A DNA stretch of 61,614 bases, filler included, from Chiloscyllium plagiosum (GCF_004010195.1; 4 parts of one record of this genome joined end to end with filler, not necessarily neighbours in it); one strand, 5' to 3'. Positions 1 through 15,664 are shown, counted from the first letter of the whole stretch. Program-made: numbers and translations. The notes: a model not told the origin generated them from the sequence alone.

Positions 1-1625
1 GTGTGGGGGGATCAGGGTGACGGTGATGGAGTGAATGTGAGGGGATCAGTGTGACGATCATGGAGTGAGTGTGAGACGGTCCGGATGATGGTGATGGAGT
101 GAATGTGATGGGGTCAGTGTGCCCGTCATGGAGTGAATGTAAGAGGATCAGGGTGATGTTGGAGGAGTGAGTGTGGAGGGTCAAGGTGATGGTGATGGAG
201 TGAGTGTGAGGGTGTTAGGGTGATGGTGATGGAGTTAGTGTGAGCCAGTCAGGGTGTCGCTGATGCAGTGAGTGTGAGAGGGCGAGGGTGACTGTGCCGG
301 AGTGAGTGTGATGGGGTCGTGGTGACGGTGACGGAGAAAGTGTGAAGGTGTCAGTGTGATGGTGATGGAGTGAGTGTATGGGGTCAGAGTGGCAGTGATG
401 GAGAGATTGTGAGACGGTCACGGTGACATTGATGAAGTGTGTGTGAGGGTGTCAGAATGACGGTGATTGAGTGAGAGTGAGGTGATCAGGGTGACAGTGA
501 TGGAGTGAGTGTGCGGGGGCCAGTGTGACTGTGATGAAGTGAGTGTGAGGGGGAAAGAATGCGGATGATGGGGTGAGTGTTACGGGTGTGGGTGAGCATG
601 ATTAAGTGAGTGTGAGGGGGTCAGGGTGACGGTGAAGTAGGGAGTGTGAGGGCGTCAGAGTGTTAGGGCTGGAGTGATTGTGAGCGGGTTAAGATGACGG
701 TGATGGAGTGAGTGTGATGGGGTCAGGTTGATGGTGATGGAGTGAGTGTGTGGGCGTCAGGGTGACGGTGATCGTGTGAGCGTGAGGGAGTCAGGGTGAC
801 GGTGATGGATTGAGCGTGTGGGATTCAGGGTGAAAGTGATGGAGTGACTTGTTGGGGTCAGTGTGTCGGTGATGCAGCGAGTGTGCGATTGTCAGTGTGA
901 TGGTGATGGAGTGTGTTTGGGATTGTCAGTGTGACGCTGAAGGAGTGACTGTGAGGGAGTCAGGGTCATGTTGATGGAGTAAGTGTGATGGGATCAGTGT
1001 GAAAGTGATGGAGTGAGTGTGAGGGGGTCAGGGTGACAGTGATGGAATGAGTGTCTGGGGTCAGTGTGACGGTGATGGAGTGTGGGATTGCCACTGTGAT
1101 GGTGATGAAGTGAATTTGAGGGGGTCGTGGTGACGGTGATTGAGTGAGTGTGTGGGAGCCAGGGTTGCAGTGATGGGGTGAGTTGAGGGTGTCACGGTGA
1201 CGGTGATGGAGTGACTGTGGGATTGTCAGTGTGATGGTGATGCAGTGAGTTTGGGATTGTCATTGTGACGGTGACGGAGTGAGTGTGAGGGAGTCAGGGT
1301 GTCGGTGATGGAGTGAGTGTGTGGGAGTCAGGGTGACGGTGATAGAGTGAGTGTGAGGGAGTCAGGGTGATGGTGATGGAGTGAGTGTGGGATTTTCACT
1401 GCGCTGGTGATGGAGTGAGTGTGAGTGGGTCAGGGTGATGGTGATTGAGTGAGTGTGTGGGAGTCACGGTGACAGTGATGGAGTGTGTTGAGGGTGTCAG
1501 GGCGACGGTCATGGAGTGACTGTGGGATTGTCAGTGCGATGGTGATGCAGTGAGTTTGGGATTGTCATTGTGACGGTGATGGAGTGAGTGTGAGGGAGTC
1601 AGGGTGACGGTGAAGGAATGAGTGG
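1..1625 (+). repeat. G/T-rich minisatellite, ~32-34 bp unit (consensus approx. ggtgacggtgatggagtgagtgtgagggagtcag)
   Basis: Continuous diverged tandem copies of the unit up to just before the 500-N gap at 1659-2158. Confidence 0.95.
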
Positions 1626-4600
1626 GAGCGGTATAGTGAGAAATAGATGGCTCCAGTGNNNNNNNNNNNNNNNNNNNNNNNNNNNNNNNNNNNNNNNNNN
1701 NNNNNNNNNNNNNNNNNNNNNNNNNNNNNNNNNNNNNNNNNNNNNNNNNNNNNNNNNNNNNNNNNNNNNNNNNNNNNNNNNNNNNNNNNNNNNNNNNNNN
1801 NNNNNNNNNNNNNNNNNNNNNNNNNNNNNNNNNNNNNNNNNNNNNNNNNNNNNNNNNNNNNNNNNNNNNNNNNNNNNNNNNNNNNNNNNNNNNNNNNNNN
1901 NNNNNNNNNNNNNNNNNNNNNNNNNNNNNNNNNNNNNNNNNNNNNNNNNNNNNNNNNNNNNNNNNNNNNNNNNNNNNNNNNNNNNNNNNNNNNNNNNNNN
2001 NNNNNNNNNNNNNNNNNNNNNNNNNNNNNNNNNNNNNNNNNNNNNNNNNNNNNNNNNNNNNNNNNNNNNNNNNNNNNNNNNNNNNNNNNNNNNNNNNNNN
2101 NNNNNNNNNNNNNNNNNNNNNNNNNNNNNNNNNNNNNNNNNNNNNNNNNNNNNNNNNNTGTAATGGTAATATATCCAACAGCCCTCACTGTAACAAACTG
2201 ATATACCCGACAGCCCACATTGTAACTCTGATATACCAGACAGCCCACACTGTAACATCCTGATATACCGAACAGCCCTCACTGTAACGTTAATATACCA
2301 GACAGCCCTCACTGTAACATCCTGATATACCGACAGAGTTCACTGTAACATCCTGATTCACCCGACAGTCCTCACTGTCATATCCTGATATACAGACAGC
2401 CTTCACTGTAACGTCCTGATATACCTGACAGCCCTCACTGTAACATCCTGATATACCTGACAGCCCTCACTGTAACGTCCTGATACAACCGAAAGCGCTC
2501 ATTGTAACACTGATTTACGCAACAGCCCTCACTGTAACATCCTGATATACCTGACAGCCCTCACTGTAACATCCTGATATACCCGACAGCCCTCACTGTA
2601 ACGCTGATATACCTGACAGCCCTCAGTGTACCATCCTGATATGCCCGCGAGACATCACTGTAACAAGCTGATATACCCGACAGCCCTCACTGTAACATCC
2701 TGATATCCCCTACAGCCCTCACTGTAAAATCCTGATATACCCGACAGCCCTCAATGTAACGACGATATACCTGACAGCCCTCACTGTAATATCCTGATAA
2801 ACCCGCCAACCCTCAATGTAACAATGACGTACACGACAGCCCTCACTATAACATCCTGATATAACCGACAGCCATCACTGTAACAGTGATATATCCGACA
2901 GCCCTCACTGTAACGATGATATACCCGACAGCCATCACTGCAACACTGATATATCCGACAGCCCTCACTGTAACATCCTGATATACCCAACAGCCCTCAC
3001 TGTAACACGGATCAACCCGACAGCCATCAATCTAACGATGATAGACCCAACAGCCCTCAGGGAAACATCCTAATTTACCCGACATCCCTCACTGTAACAG
3101 CCTGATATACACGACAGCCAACATTGTAACATCCTGAAATACCAGACAGCCCACACTGTAACATCCTGATATACCCAACAGCCCTCACTGTAACGTTAAT
3201 ATACTAGACAGCCCTCAGGGCAACATCTTGATATACCGACAGAGTTCACTGTCCTGATATACCCGACAGCCCTCACTGTAACATCCTGATATACCTGAAA
3301 GCCGTCACTGTCACATCCCGATATACCTGACAGCCCTCACTGTAACGTCCTGATACAAACCGACAGCGCTCATTGTAACACTGATATACCCGACAGCCCT
3401 CAGTGTACCATCCTGATATGCCCGAGAGACATCACTGTAATACCCGACCGTCCTCACTGTAATGCTGATATACCCAAAAGCCCTCACTGTAACACTGATA
3501 AACCTGACAGCCCTCAGGGAAACATCCTGATATACCCGACAGCCCTCACTGTCAATTCCTGATATACACAACAGCCCTCACTGTAACAATGACATACCCG
3601 ACAGCCCTCACTGTCAATTCCTGATATACACAACAGCCCTCACTGTAACAATGACATACACGACAGCCCTCACTGTAAAATCCTGATATAACCGACAGCC
3701 CTCACTGTAACGATGATATACCCGACAGCCCTCACTGCAACATCCTTATATACCCGACAGCCCTCACTGTCACACTGATATACGCGACAGCCCTCACTGT
3801 AACACCCAGATATACCCGACAGCCGTCACTGTAACGCTGATATACCCGAAAGCCCACACTGTAACATCCTCAAATACCCGACAGCCCTCACTGTAACATC
3901 CTGATAGAACCGCGAGGCCCCACTGTAACAGTGATATACCCGACAGCACTCAATTTAACACTAATATACCCGACAGCCATCAATTTAACACTAATATACC
4001 CGACAGGCCTCACTGTAACATCCTGACATACCTGACAGCCCTCACTGTAATGCTGATATACCCGACAGACCTCAACTGTAACATTCTGATATATCCGACA
4101 GCCCTCAATGTAACGATGATATACCTGACAGCCCTCACTGTAATATCCTGATATTCCCAACAGCCCTCATTGTAACAATGACAGAAACGACAGCCCTCAC
4201 TGTAACATGCTGATATACCCGACAGCCCTCACTGTAACGATGATATACCTGACAGCCCTCACTGTAACATCCTGATATACCCGACAGCCCTCACTGTAAC
4301 ACTGATATACCCAACAGCCCTCACTGTAACACTGATATACCCGACAGCCCTCACTGTAACATTGATAAACCCGCCAACCCTCAATGTCACGATGATAGAC
4401 CCGACAGCCCTCAGGGAAACATCCTGACATACCCGACAGCCCTCACTGTAATATCCTGATATACACGACAGCCCTCAATGTAACATCCAGATATACCCGA
4501 CAGCCATCACTGTAACACTGATATACCCGTCAGCCCTCACTGTAACATCCTGATATACCCGACAGCCCTCACTGTAACACTGATATTCCTTACAGCCCTC

Positions 4601-7600
4601 ACTGTAACATCCTGATAAACCTGAGAGGCCTCACTGTAACAATGATATACCTGACAGCCCTCACTGTAAAATCCTGATATACCCGACAGCCCTCAATGTA
4701 ACGATGATATACCTGACAGCGATCACTGTAACACGGATCTACCCGACAGCCATCAATCTAACGATGATATACCAGACAGCCCTCACTGTAACACTGATAT
4801 ACCAGACAGCCCTCACTGTAACATGCTGATATACCCGAAAGCCGTCACTGCAACATCCTGATATAACGATAGCCCTCAACATAACGATGATATACCTGAC
4901 AGCACTCAGTGTAACATCCCAATATACCTGACAGCCCTCACTGTAATGTCCTGATACAACCGACAGCCCTCATTGTAACACTGATATACCCGACAGCCCT
5001 CAGTGTACCATCCTGATATGCCCGAGAGACATCACTGTAACATCCTGATATACCCGACAGCCCTCACTGTAATGCTGATATACCCGAAAGCCCTCACTGT
5101 AAAATCCTGATATACCCAACAGCCCTCAATGTAATGACGATATACCTGACAGCTCTCACTGTAATATCCTGATATACACAACAGCCCTCACTGTAACAGT
5201 GATATATCCGACAGCCCTCACTGTAACGATGATATACCCGACAGCCCTCACTGTAACACGGATCTACCCGACAGCCATCAATCTAACGATGATACACTCG
5301 ACAGCCCTCAGGGAAACATCCTGATTTACCCGACAACCCTCACTGTAACAGCCTGATATGCCCGACAACCCTCACTGTAACACTGATATACCCGACAGCC
5401 CTCACAGTAACGCTCATATACCCGACAGCCCTCAGTGTAACGATGATATACCCGAGAGCCCTCACTGCAAAATCCTGATATACCCGACAGCCCTCACTGT
5501 AACACTGATATGCCCGACAGCCGTCACTGTAATGCTGATATACCCGAAAGCCCACAGTGTAACATCCTCAAATACCCAACAGCCCTCACTGTAACATCCT
5601 GATATACTCGACAGCCCTCACTGTAACATCCTGATAGACCCGAGAGGCCCACTGTAACAGTCATATACCCGAGAGGCCCCACTGTAACAGTGATATACCC
5701 GAGAGGCCCCACTGTAACAGTGATATACCCGACAGCACTCAATTCAACACTAATATACCTGACAGCTCTCACTGTAACACCGATATACCAGACAGCCCTC
5801 ACTGTAACATCCTGATATCCCCGACAGGCCTCACTGTAACATCCTGACATACCTGAAAGCCCTCACTGTAATGCAGATATACCCGACAGACCTCACTGTA
5901 ACATGCTGATATACCCGACAGCCCTCATTGTAAAATCCTGATATACCCGACAGCCCACAATGTAACGATTATATACCCGACAGCCCTCACTGTAACATCC
6001 TGACATACCCGACAGCCCTCACTGTAACATTGATATACATGACAGCTCTCACTGTAACACTGAAATATCCGACAGCCCTCACTGTAACATGCTGCTCTAC
6101 CCGAGAGCCCTCACTGAAACACTGATATACCCGACAGGCCTCACTGTAACATGCTGATCTACCCGATAGCCCTCACTGTAACACTGATGTATCCAACAGC
6201 CCTCACTGTAACACTGATATACCCGACAGGCCTCACAGTAACATGCTGATCTACCCGATAGCCCTCACTGTAACACTGATGTATCCAACAGCCCTCACTG
6301 TAACATCCTTATATACCCGAAAGCCGTCACAGGAACATCCTGATATATCCGACAGCCCTCACTATAACGATGATATACCCGACAACCCTCACTGTAACAC
6401 TGATATATACGACAGCCCTGACTGAAACGTTGATATACTCGACAGCCCTCACTGTAACACTGACAAACCCGACAGCCCTCAATGTCACGATGATAGACCC
6501 GACAGCCCTCAGGGAAACATCCTGACATTCCCGACAGCCCTCACTGTAACATCCTGATATACACGACAGCCCTCACTGTAACATCCTGATATACCCGACA
6601 GCCCTCAATGTAACACTGATATACCCGACAGCCCTCACTGTAAAAATGATATACCCGACAGCCGTCGCTGTAACGATGATATACCCGACAGCCCTCACTG
6701 TAACATCCTGATATACCCGACAGCCCTCACTGTAACATCCTGATAAACCCGAGAGGCCTCAATGTAACACTGATATACCCGACAGCCCTCACTGTAACAA
6801 TGATATACCCGACAGCCATCACTGTAACATCCTGATATACACGACAGCCCTGACTGTAACAACCAGATATACCCGACAGCCGTCACTGTAATGATAATCT
6901 CTCCAACAGCCCTCACTGTATCATCCTGATATACCCGACAGCCCACATTGTAACATCCTGATATACCCGACAGCCCTCACTGTAACGTTAATATACCAGA
7001 CAGCCCTCACTGTAACATCCTGATATACCCGACAGCCCTCACTGTAACATCATGATATACAGACAGCCTTCACTACAACGTCCTGATATACCTGACAGCC
7101 CTCACTGTAACATCCTGATATACCTGACAGCCCTCACTGTAACACTGATATACCCGACAGGCCTCACTCAAACGCTGATATACCCGACAGCCCTCACTGT
7201 AACATCCTGATATACGGGAAAGCCGTCACTGTAACATCCTGATATAACCGACAGCCCTCAATGTAACGATGATATACCTGACAGCACGAAGTGTAACATC
7301 CCGATATACCTGACAGCCCTCATTGTAACGTCCAGATACAACCGACAGCACTCATTGTAACACTGATATACGCGACAGCCCTCACTGTAACATCCTAATA
7401 TACCCGACAGCCCTAACTGTAACGCTGATATACCTGACAGCCCTCAGTGTACCATCCTGATATGCCCGCGAGACATCACTGTAACATGCTGATATACCCG
7501 ACAGCCCTCACTGTAATGCTGATATACCTGACAGCCCTCTGTAATATCCTGATATACACAACAGCCCTCACTGTAACATCCTGATATACCTGACAGCCCT

Positions 7601-10557
7601 CACTGTAACACTGATATATCCGACAGCCCTCACTGTAACGATGATATAAACGACTGCCCTCACTGTAACACGGATCTACCCGACAGCCATCAATCTAACG
7701 ACGATTTACCCGACAGCCCTCAGGGAAACATCCTGATTTACCCGACAGCCCTCAATGTAACAGCCTGATATGCCCGACCACCCTCACTGTAACACTGATA
7801 TACCCGACAGTCCTCACTGTAACATCCAGATATACCCGACAGCCGTCACCATAACGCTGATATACCCGACAGTCCTCACTGTAACATCCAGATATACCCG
7901 ACAGCCGTCACCATAACGCTGATATACCCGAAAGCCCTCACTGTAACATCCTGAAATACCCGACAGCCCTCACTGTAACATCCTGGCATACCCGACAGCC
8001 GTGACTGTTACGATGATATTCCTGACAGCTCTCATTGTAACATCCTGATATACTCGACAGCCCTCACTGTAACATCCTGATAGACCCGAGAGGCCCCACT
8101 GTAACAGTGATATACCCGACAGCCCTCACTGTAACACTAATATACCCGACAGCCCTCAATGTAACATCCTGATATACCCGACAGCCCAGATTGTAACATC
8201 CTGATATACCCGACAGCTCTCACTGTAACACCGATATACCAGACAGATCTCACTGTAACATGCTGATATACCCGACAGCCCTCAATTTAACGATGATATA
8301 CCCGACAGCCCTCACAGTAACATCCTGATATACCTGACAGACCTCACTGTAATGCAGATATACCCGACAGACCTCACTGTAACATGCTGATATACCCGAC
8401 AGCCCTCGCTGTAAAATCCTGATATACCCGACAGCCCTCAATGTAACGATGATAGACCCGACAGCCCTCACTGTAATATCCTGATATTCCCAACAACCCT
8501 CATTGTAACAATGACATACACGACAGCCCTCACTGTAACATGCTGATATACCCGACAACCCTCACTGTAAAATCCTGACATACCCGACAGCCCTCACTAT
8601 AACGATGATGTACCTGACAACCCTCACGGTAACATCCTGATATACCCGACAGCCCTCACTGTAACATCCTGATATACCCGACAGCCCTCACTGTAACATT
8701 GATATACATGACAGCCCTCACTGTAACGCTGATATATCCGACAGCCCTCACTGTAACACTGATATATCCGACAGCCCTCACTGTAACGATGATATACCCG
8801 ACAGCCCTCACTGTAACACTGATAAACTCGACAGCCCTCACTGTAACACTGATAAACCCGACAGCCGTCAATGTCACGATGATAGAACCACAGCCCTCAG
8901 GGAAACATCCTGACATACCCGACAGCCCTCAAAGCAACAGTGATATACCCAACAGCCCTCACTGTAACATCCTGATATACCTGACAGCCCTCACTGTAAC
9001 ATCCTGATATACCCGACAGCCCTCAATGTAACGATGATATACATGACAGCACTCAGTGTGACATCCCGATATACCTGACAGCCCTCACCGTAATGTCCTG
9101 ATATACCCAACAGCCCTCACTGTATCACTGATATACCCGACAGCTCTCACTGTAACATCCTGATATTACCGACAGCCGTCACTGTAACGCTGATATACCC
9201 GACAGCCCTCATTGTAACATCCTGATAAACCCGACAGCCCTCACTGTAACGCTGCTATCCCCAAATGCCCTCACTGTAACATCCTGATATTCCCGACAGC
9301 CGTCACTGTCACGCTGATATACCCGACAGCCCTCACTGTAACATCCTGATATTCCCGACAGCCCTCATGGTAGCATCCTGATATACCCGACAGCCCTCAA
9401 TGTAACACTGATATACTCGACATCCCTCACTGTAATGATTATATACCCAACAGCCCTCACTGTAACATCCTGATATACCCGAACGCCCACATTGTAACAT
9501 CCTGATATACCCGATAGCCCTCACTGTAACACTGGTATACCAGACAGCCCTCACTGTAACATCCTAATATACCCAACATCCCTCACTGTAACGTTAATAT
9601 ACCCGACAGCCCTCACTGTAACATCCTGATATACCCGACAGCCCTCACTGTACAATCCCGATATACCGACAGAGTTCACTGTAACATCCTGATATACCGA
9701 CAGCCTTCACTGTAACGTCCTGATATACCCGACAGCCCTCACTATAACATCCTGATATACCCGACAGCCCTCACTGTAACACTGATATACCCGACAGGCC
9801 TCACTGTAACACTGATATACCCGACAGCCCTCACTGTAACATCTTCATGTACCCGACAGCCCTCACTGTAACATCCTGATATACCTGACAGCCCTCACTG
9901 TAACATCCTGAGACACACGCCAGCCCTCACTGTAACGATGATATACCCGACAGCCCTCAATGTAACATCCTGATATACCCGACAGTCCTCACTGTAACAT
10001 CCTGATAAACCCGAGAGGCCTCACTGTAACACTGATAGTCCAGACAGCTCTCACTGTAACATCCTGATATACCCGACAGGCCTCACTGTAACACTGATAT
10101 ACCCGACAGCCCTCATTGTAACATCCTGATATACCCGACAGCCCTCAATGTAACAATGATATACCCGACAGCCCTCACTATAACATCCTGATATACCCGA
10201 CAGCCCTCACTGTAACACTGATATACCAGACAGCCTTCACTGTAACGTCCTGATATACCCGACAGCCCTCACTATAACATCCTGATATACCCGACAGCCC
10301 TCACTGTAACACTGATATACCCGACAGCCCTCACTGTACAATCCCGATATACCGACAGAGTTCACTGTAACATCCTGATATCCCGACAGCCTTCACTGTA
10401 ACGTCCTGATATACCCGACAGCCCTCACTATAACATCCTGATATACCCGACAGCCTAACACTGATATACCCGACAGTCCTCACTCTAACGCTGATATGCC
10501 CGACAACCCTCACTGTAACACTGATAAACCCGACAGCCGTCACTGTAACGCTGATAT

Positions 10558-11433
10558 AATAGGGTGGTTGTTATGGGGGACTTTAACTTTCCTGATATTG
10601 ATTGGGAAAGCTATAGCTCAAGTTCGTTAGATGGGTCAGTGTTTGTCCAATGTGTGCAGGAGAGTTTCCTGACACAATATGTAGACAGGCCAACAAGAGG
10701 TGAGGCCATACTAGATTTGGTTCTGGGTAACGAACCAGGCCAGGTGTTAGAATTAGAGGTAGGTGAGCACTTNNNNNNNNNNNNNNNNNNNNNNNNNNNN
10801 NNNNNNNNNNNNNNNNTTAATTAATTAANNNNNNNNNNNNNNNNNNNNNNNNNNNNNNNNNNNNNNNNNNNNCTGGGGTCATGTTGCAGTTGTATAAGAC
10901 TCTGGTGCGGCCGCATCTGGAATATTGTGTGCAGTTTTGGTCGCCATACTATAGGAAGGATGTGGAGGCACTGGAACGGGTGCAGAGGAGGTTTACCAGG
11001 ATGTTGCCTGGTATGGAAGGAAGATCGTATGAGGAAAGACTGAGACACTTGGGGCTGTTTTCATTAGAGAAAAGAAGGTTTAGGGGTGACTTGATTGAGG
11101 TGTACAAGATGATTAGGGGGTTAGATAGGGTTGACAGTGTGAACCTTTTCCCGCGTATGGAGTTGGGTATTACAAGGGGGCATAGCTTTACATTAAGGGG
11201 GGTAGATATTGGACTGAAGTTAGGGGTAGGTTCTTCATTCAGCGAGTCGTAAGTTCATGGAATGCCCTGCCAGTAGCAGTGGTGGACTCTCCCTCTTTAT
11301 GGGCATTTAAGCGGGCATTGGATAGGTATATGGAGGATAGTGGGTTAGTATAGGTTAGGTGGGCTTGGATCGGCGCAACATCGAGGGCCAAAGGGCCTGT
11401 ACTGCGCTGTATTCTTCTATGTTCTATGTTCTA
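10558..11433 (+). mobile_element. CR1-clade LINE inserted in the satellite (internal part lost in an assembly gap)
   Basis: The 5' part encodes the APE endonuclease motif VVMGDFNFPDIDW...PTRGEAILDLVL. The 3' part encodes CR1 ORF2 C-terminal LYKTLVRPHLEYCVQFWSP...ALERVQRRFTRM. It ends in a (ttctatg)n tail. Probable TSD tgatat at 10552-10557 and 11434-11439. Confidence 0.93.
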
Positions 11434-14400
11434 TGATATGCCCGAAAGCCCTCACTGTAACATCCTCAAATACCCGACAGCCCTCACTGTAACATCCTGG
11501 CATACCCGACAGCCGTCACTGTTACGATGATATACCCGACAGGAATCACGGTAACATCCCTGATATACCCGACAGCCCTCAGTGTAACATCCTGATAGAG
11601 CCGAGAGGCCACACTGTAACAGTGATATACGCGACAGTACTCAATGTAACACTAATATACCCGACAGCCCTCACTGTAACATCCTGATATACCTGACAGC
11701 CCACATTGTAACATCCTGATATACGCGACAGCTCTCACTGTAACATCCTGATATACCTGAAAGCCCTCACTGCAATGCTGATGTACCCGACAGACCTCAC
11801 TGTAACATGCTGATATACCCGACAGCCCTCAGTGTAAAATCCTGATATACCCGACAGCCCTCAATGTAACACTGATATACCCGACAGCCCTCACTGTAAC
11901 ATCCTGATATACCCGACAACCCTCACCGTAACACTGATATATCCGACAGCCCTCACTGTAACGATGATATACCCGACAGCCCTCACTGTACAATCCCGAT
12001 ATACCGACAGAGTTCACTGTAACATCCTGATATACTGACAGCCTTCACTGTAACGTCCTGATATACCCGACAGCCCTCACTATAACATCCTGATATACCC
12101 GACAGCCCTCACTGTAACACTGATATACCCAACAGCCCTCACTGTACAATCCCGATATACCGACAGAGTTCACTGTAACATCCTGATATACCGACAGCCT
12201 TCACTGTAACGTCCTGATATACCCGACAGCCCTCACTATAACATCCTGATAGACCCGACAGCCGAACACTGATATACCCGACAGGCCTCACTCTAACGCT
12301 GATATGCCCGACAACCCTCACTGTAACACTGATATACCCGACAGCCGTCACTGTAACGCTGATATACCCGAAAACCCTCACTGTAACATCCTCAAATACC
12401 CGACAGCCCTCACTGTAACATCCTGGTATACCTGAAAGCCCTCACTGTAATGCTGATGTACCCGACAGACCTCACTGTAACATGCTGATATACCCGACAG
12501 CCCTCACTGTAAAATCCTGATATACCCGACAGCCCTCAATGTAACGATTATATACCTGACAGCCCTCATGGTAACATCCTGATATACCCGACAGCCCTCA
12601 CTGTAACACTGATATACCCGACAGCCCACACTGTAACATGCTGATCTACACGACAGCCCTCACTGTAACACTGATATATCCGACAGCCCTCAATGTAACG
12701 ACGATATACCTGACAGCCCTCACTGTAATATCCTAATATACACAACAGCCCTCACTGTAACATCCTGATATACCCAACAGCCCTCACTGTAAAATCCTGA
12801 TATACCCGACAGACCCCATTGTAACGTCCTGATATACCCGACAGCACTCACTGTAACATCCTGATATACCCGACAGCCGTCACTGTAACGCTGATATACC
12901 TGACAGCCCTCACTGCAACATCCTGATATACCCGACAGCCCTCACTGTATCACTGATATTCCCGACAGCCCTCACTGTATTGATTATATACCCAAAAGCC
13001 CTCACTGTAACATCCTGATATACCCGACAGCCCACATTGTAACATCCTGATATTCCCGACAGCCCTCATGGTAACATCCTGATATACCCGACAGCCCTCA
13101 ATGTAACACTGATATACCCGACATCCCTCACTGTAATGATTATATACCCAACAGCCCTCACTGTAACATCCTGATATACCCAAACGCCCACATTGTAACA
13201 TCCTGATATACCCGAGAGCCCTCACTGTAACACTGATATACCAGACAGCCCTCACTGTAACATCCTGATATACCCAACAGCCCTCACTGTAACGTTAATA
13301 TACCCGACAGCCCTCACTGTAACATCCTGATATACCCGACAGCCCTCACTGTACAATCCCGATATACCGACAGAGTTCACTGTAACATCCTGATATACCC
13401 GAGAGCCCACATTGTAACATCCTCATATACCCGACAGCCCTCACTGTAACATCCTCATATACCCAACAGCCCTCACTGTAACATCTTGATATACCCGACA
13501 GTCCTCACTGTAACATCCTGATAAACCTGAGAGGCCTCACTGTAACACTGATATACCAGACAGCTCTCACTGTAACATCCTCATATACCCGACAGCCCTG
13601 ACTGTAACATCCTCATATACCCGACAGCCCTCACTGTAACATCCTGATATACCCGACAGCCCTCACTGTAACATCCTGATATACCCGACATTCCTCACTG
13701 TAACATCCTGATAAACCCGACAGGCCTCACTGTAACATCCTGATATACCCAACAGCCCGCACAGTAACACTGATATACCCGACAGCCCTCAATGTCACGA
13801 TGATAGACCCGACAGCCCTCAGGGAAACATCCTGACATACCCGACAGCCCTCACTGTAACGCTGATATACCCGACAGCCCTCACTGTAACGCTGATATAC
13901 CCGACAGCCCTCATTGTAACATCCTGATGTACCCGACAGCCCCCACTGTAATGTCCTGATATACCCGACAGCCCTAACTGTAACAGTGATATACATGACA
14001 CCCCTCACTGTAACGTCCTGAAATATCCGACAGCTCTCACTGTAAAATCCTGATACACACGCCAGCCCTCAATGTAACGATGATATACCCGACAGCCCTC
14101 ACTGTAACATCCTGATAAACCCGAGAGGCCTCACTGTAACATCCTGATATACCCGACAGCCCTCACTGTAACATCCTGATATACCCGACAGCCGTTACTG
14201 TAACGCTGATATACCCGACAGCCCTCACTGTAACATCCTGATATCCCCGACAGTCCTCACTGTAACATCCTGATAAACCCGACAGGCCTCACTGTAACAC
14301 TGATATACCCGACAGTCCTCACTGTAACATCCTGATAAACCCGACAGCCCTCACTGTAACACGGATCAACCCGACAGCCATCAATCTAACGATGATAGAC

Positions 14401-15113
14401 CCGACAGCCCTCAGGGAAACATCCTGACATTCCCGACAGCCCTAACTGTAACAGTGATATACCTGACACCCCTCACTGTAACATTGACATACACGACAAC
14501 CCTCACTGTAACATCCTGATACACACGCCAGCCCTCACGGTAACGATGATATACCCGACAGCCATCACTGTAACATCCTGATAAACCCGAGAGGCCTCAC
14601 TGTATCACTGATATACCCGACAGCACTCAATGTAACACTAATATACCCAACAGCCCACATTGTAACATCCTGATATACCCGACAGCTCTCACTGCAACAT
14701 CCTGATATACCTGAAAGCCCTCACTGTAATGCTGATATACCCGACAGACCTCACTGTAACATGCTGATATACCCGACAGCCCTCACTGTAATATCCTGAT
14801 ATACCCAACAGCCCTCACTGTAACGCTGCTATACCCAACAGCCCTCAATGTTACACTGATATACCCGACAGCCCTCACTGTAACATCCTGATATTCCGGA
14901 CAGCCGTCACTGTAATGCTGATATACCCGACAGCCCTCACTGTAATGATTATATACCCAACTGCCCTCACAGTAACATCCTGATATATCCGACAGCCCAC
15001 ATTGTAACATCCTGATATACCCACAGCCCTCAATGTAACACTGATATACCCGACATCCCTCACTGTAATGATTATATACCCAACAGACCTCTCTGTAACA
15101 TCCTGATATACCC

Positions 15114-15664
15114 TGTTTTAAAAAATTCTCAAGGTCAAGGACCAGGCTCGCAGGAAAGTAGTCTGACACAGAACAAACAGCCAAGAGGCGAGTCTGCTAG
15201 AATATAAGTGTTTTATTCCCCGCAGTGTCACCACAACCAGTCTCGTACTTACAACGGGTCTGGCTTATACTCACTCTACATGTTACCAAAACTGGGAGCC
15301 GTCAGTTCTCGTAGAGCGGTTGCCAACAACCCACGCTCGGCGGTTAAACGTAACCCCGGAGCAGACTCTACCGAACTGGAGACTTCTCCAGCTGATATAC
15401 CCTTTTCCAGATATAAACATTCATGTGAACAGCAGAGCAAGGCTAAAAAACACATTCCATTCTGGTTACATACAGATAAGAAGATTCACACGGGAAGGTG
15501 TATAACAAGATTCACACGGGACTAAGCGACACCTTCCATTTTCGGTTAGATTCACACATGTATTGGGACACAATTTTAACCCTTTCACCACATTCCACTG
15601 CTTGGCCCAATACATGTGTTGCATAATGATTCACACATGTATTGGGACATAATTTTACACCACA
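15114..15664 (-). mobile_element. Solo LTR (551 bp)
   Basis: Starts TG (tgtttta) and ends CA (caccaca). Flanked by 5-bp direct repeat taccc (15109-15113, 15665-15669). AATAAA on the minus strand near 15212-15217. Removing it restores the satellite monomer. Confidence 0.85.

Noticed and set aside
1531..2312. Long ORFs spanning N runs (also near 18.2, 20.2, 33.7, 53.0 and 56.6 kb)
   Set aside because: Their length comes from X residues in assembly gaps.
10773..10872. TTAATTAATTAA palindrome centred in Ns (also at 36898-36997 and 44992-45091)
   Set aside because: An identical 44N+12+44N construct occurs three times. It is an artificial all-frame-stop scaffolding linker, not biology.
15391..15402. 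Satellite-like gctgatataccc inside the solo LTR
   Set aside because: A single 12-bp match is too short to support homology or targeting.
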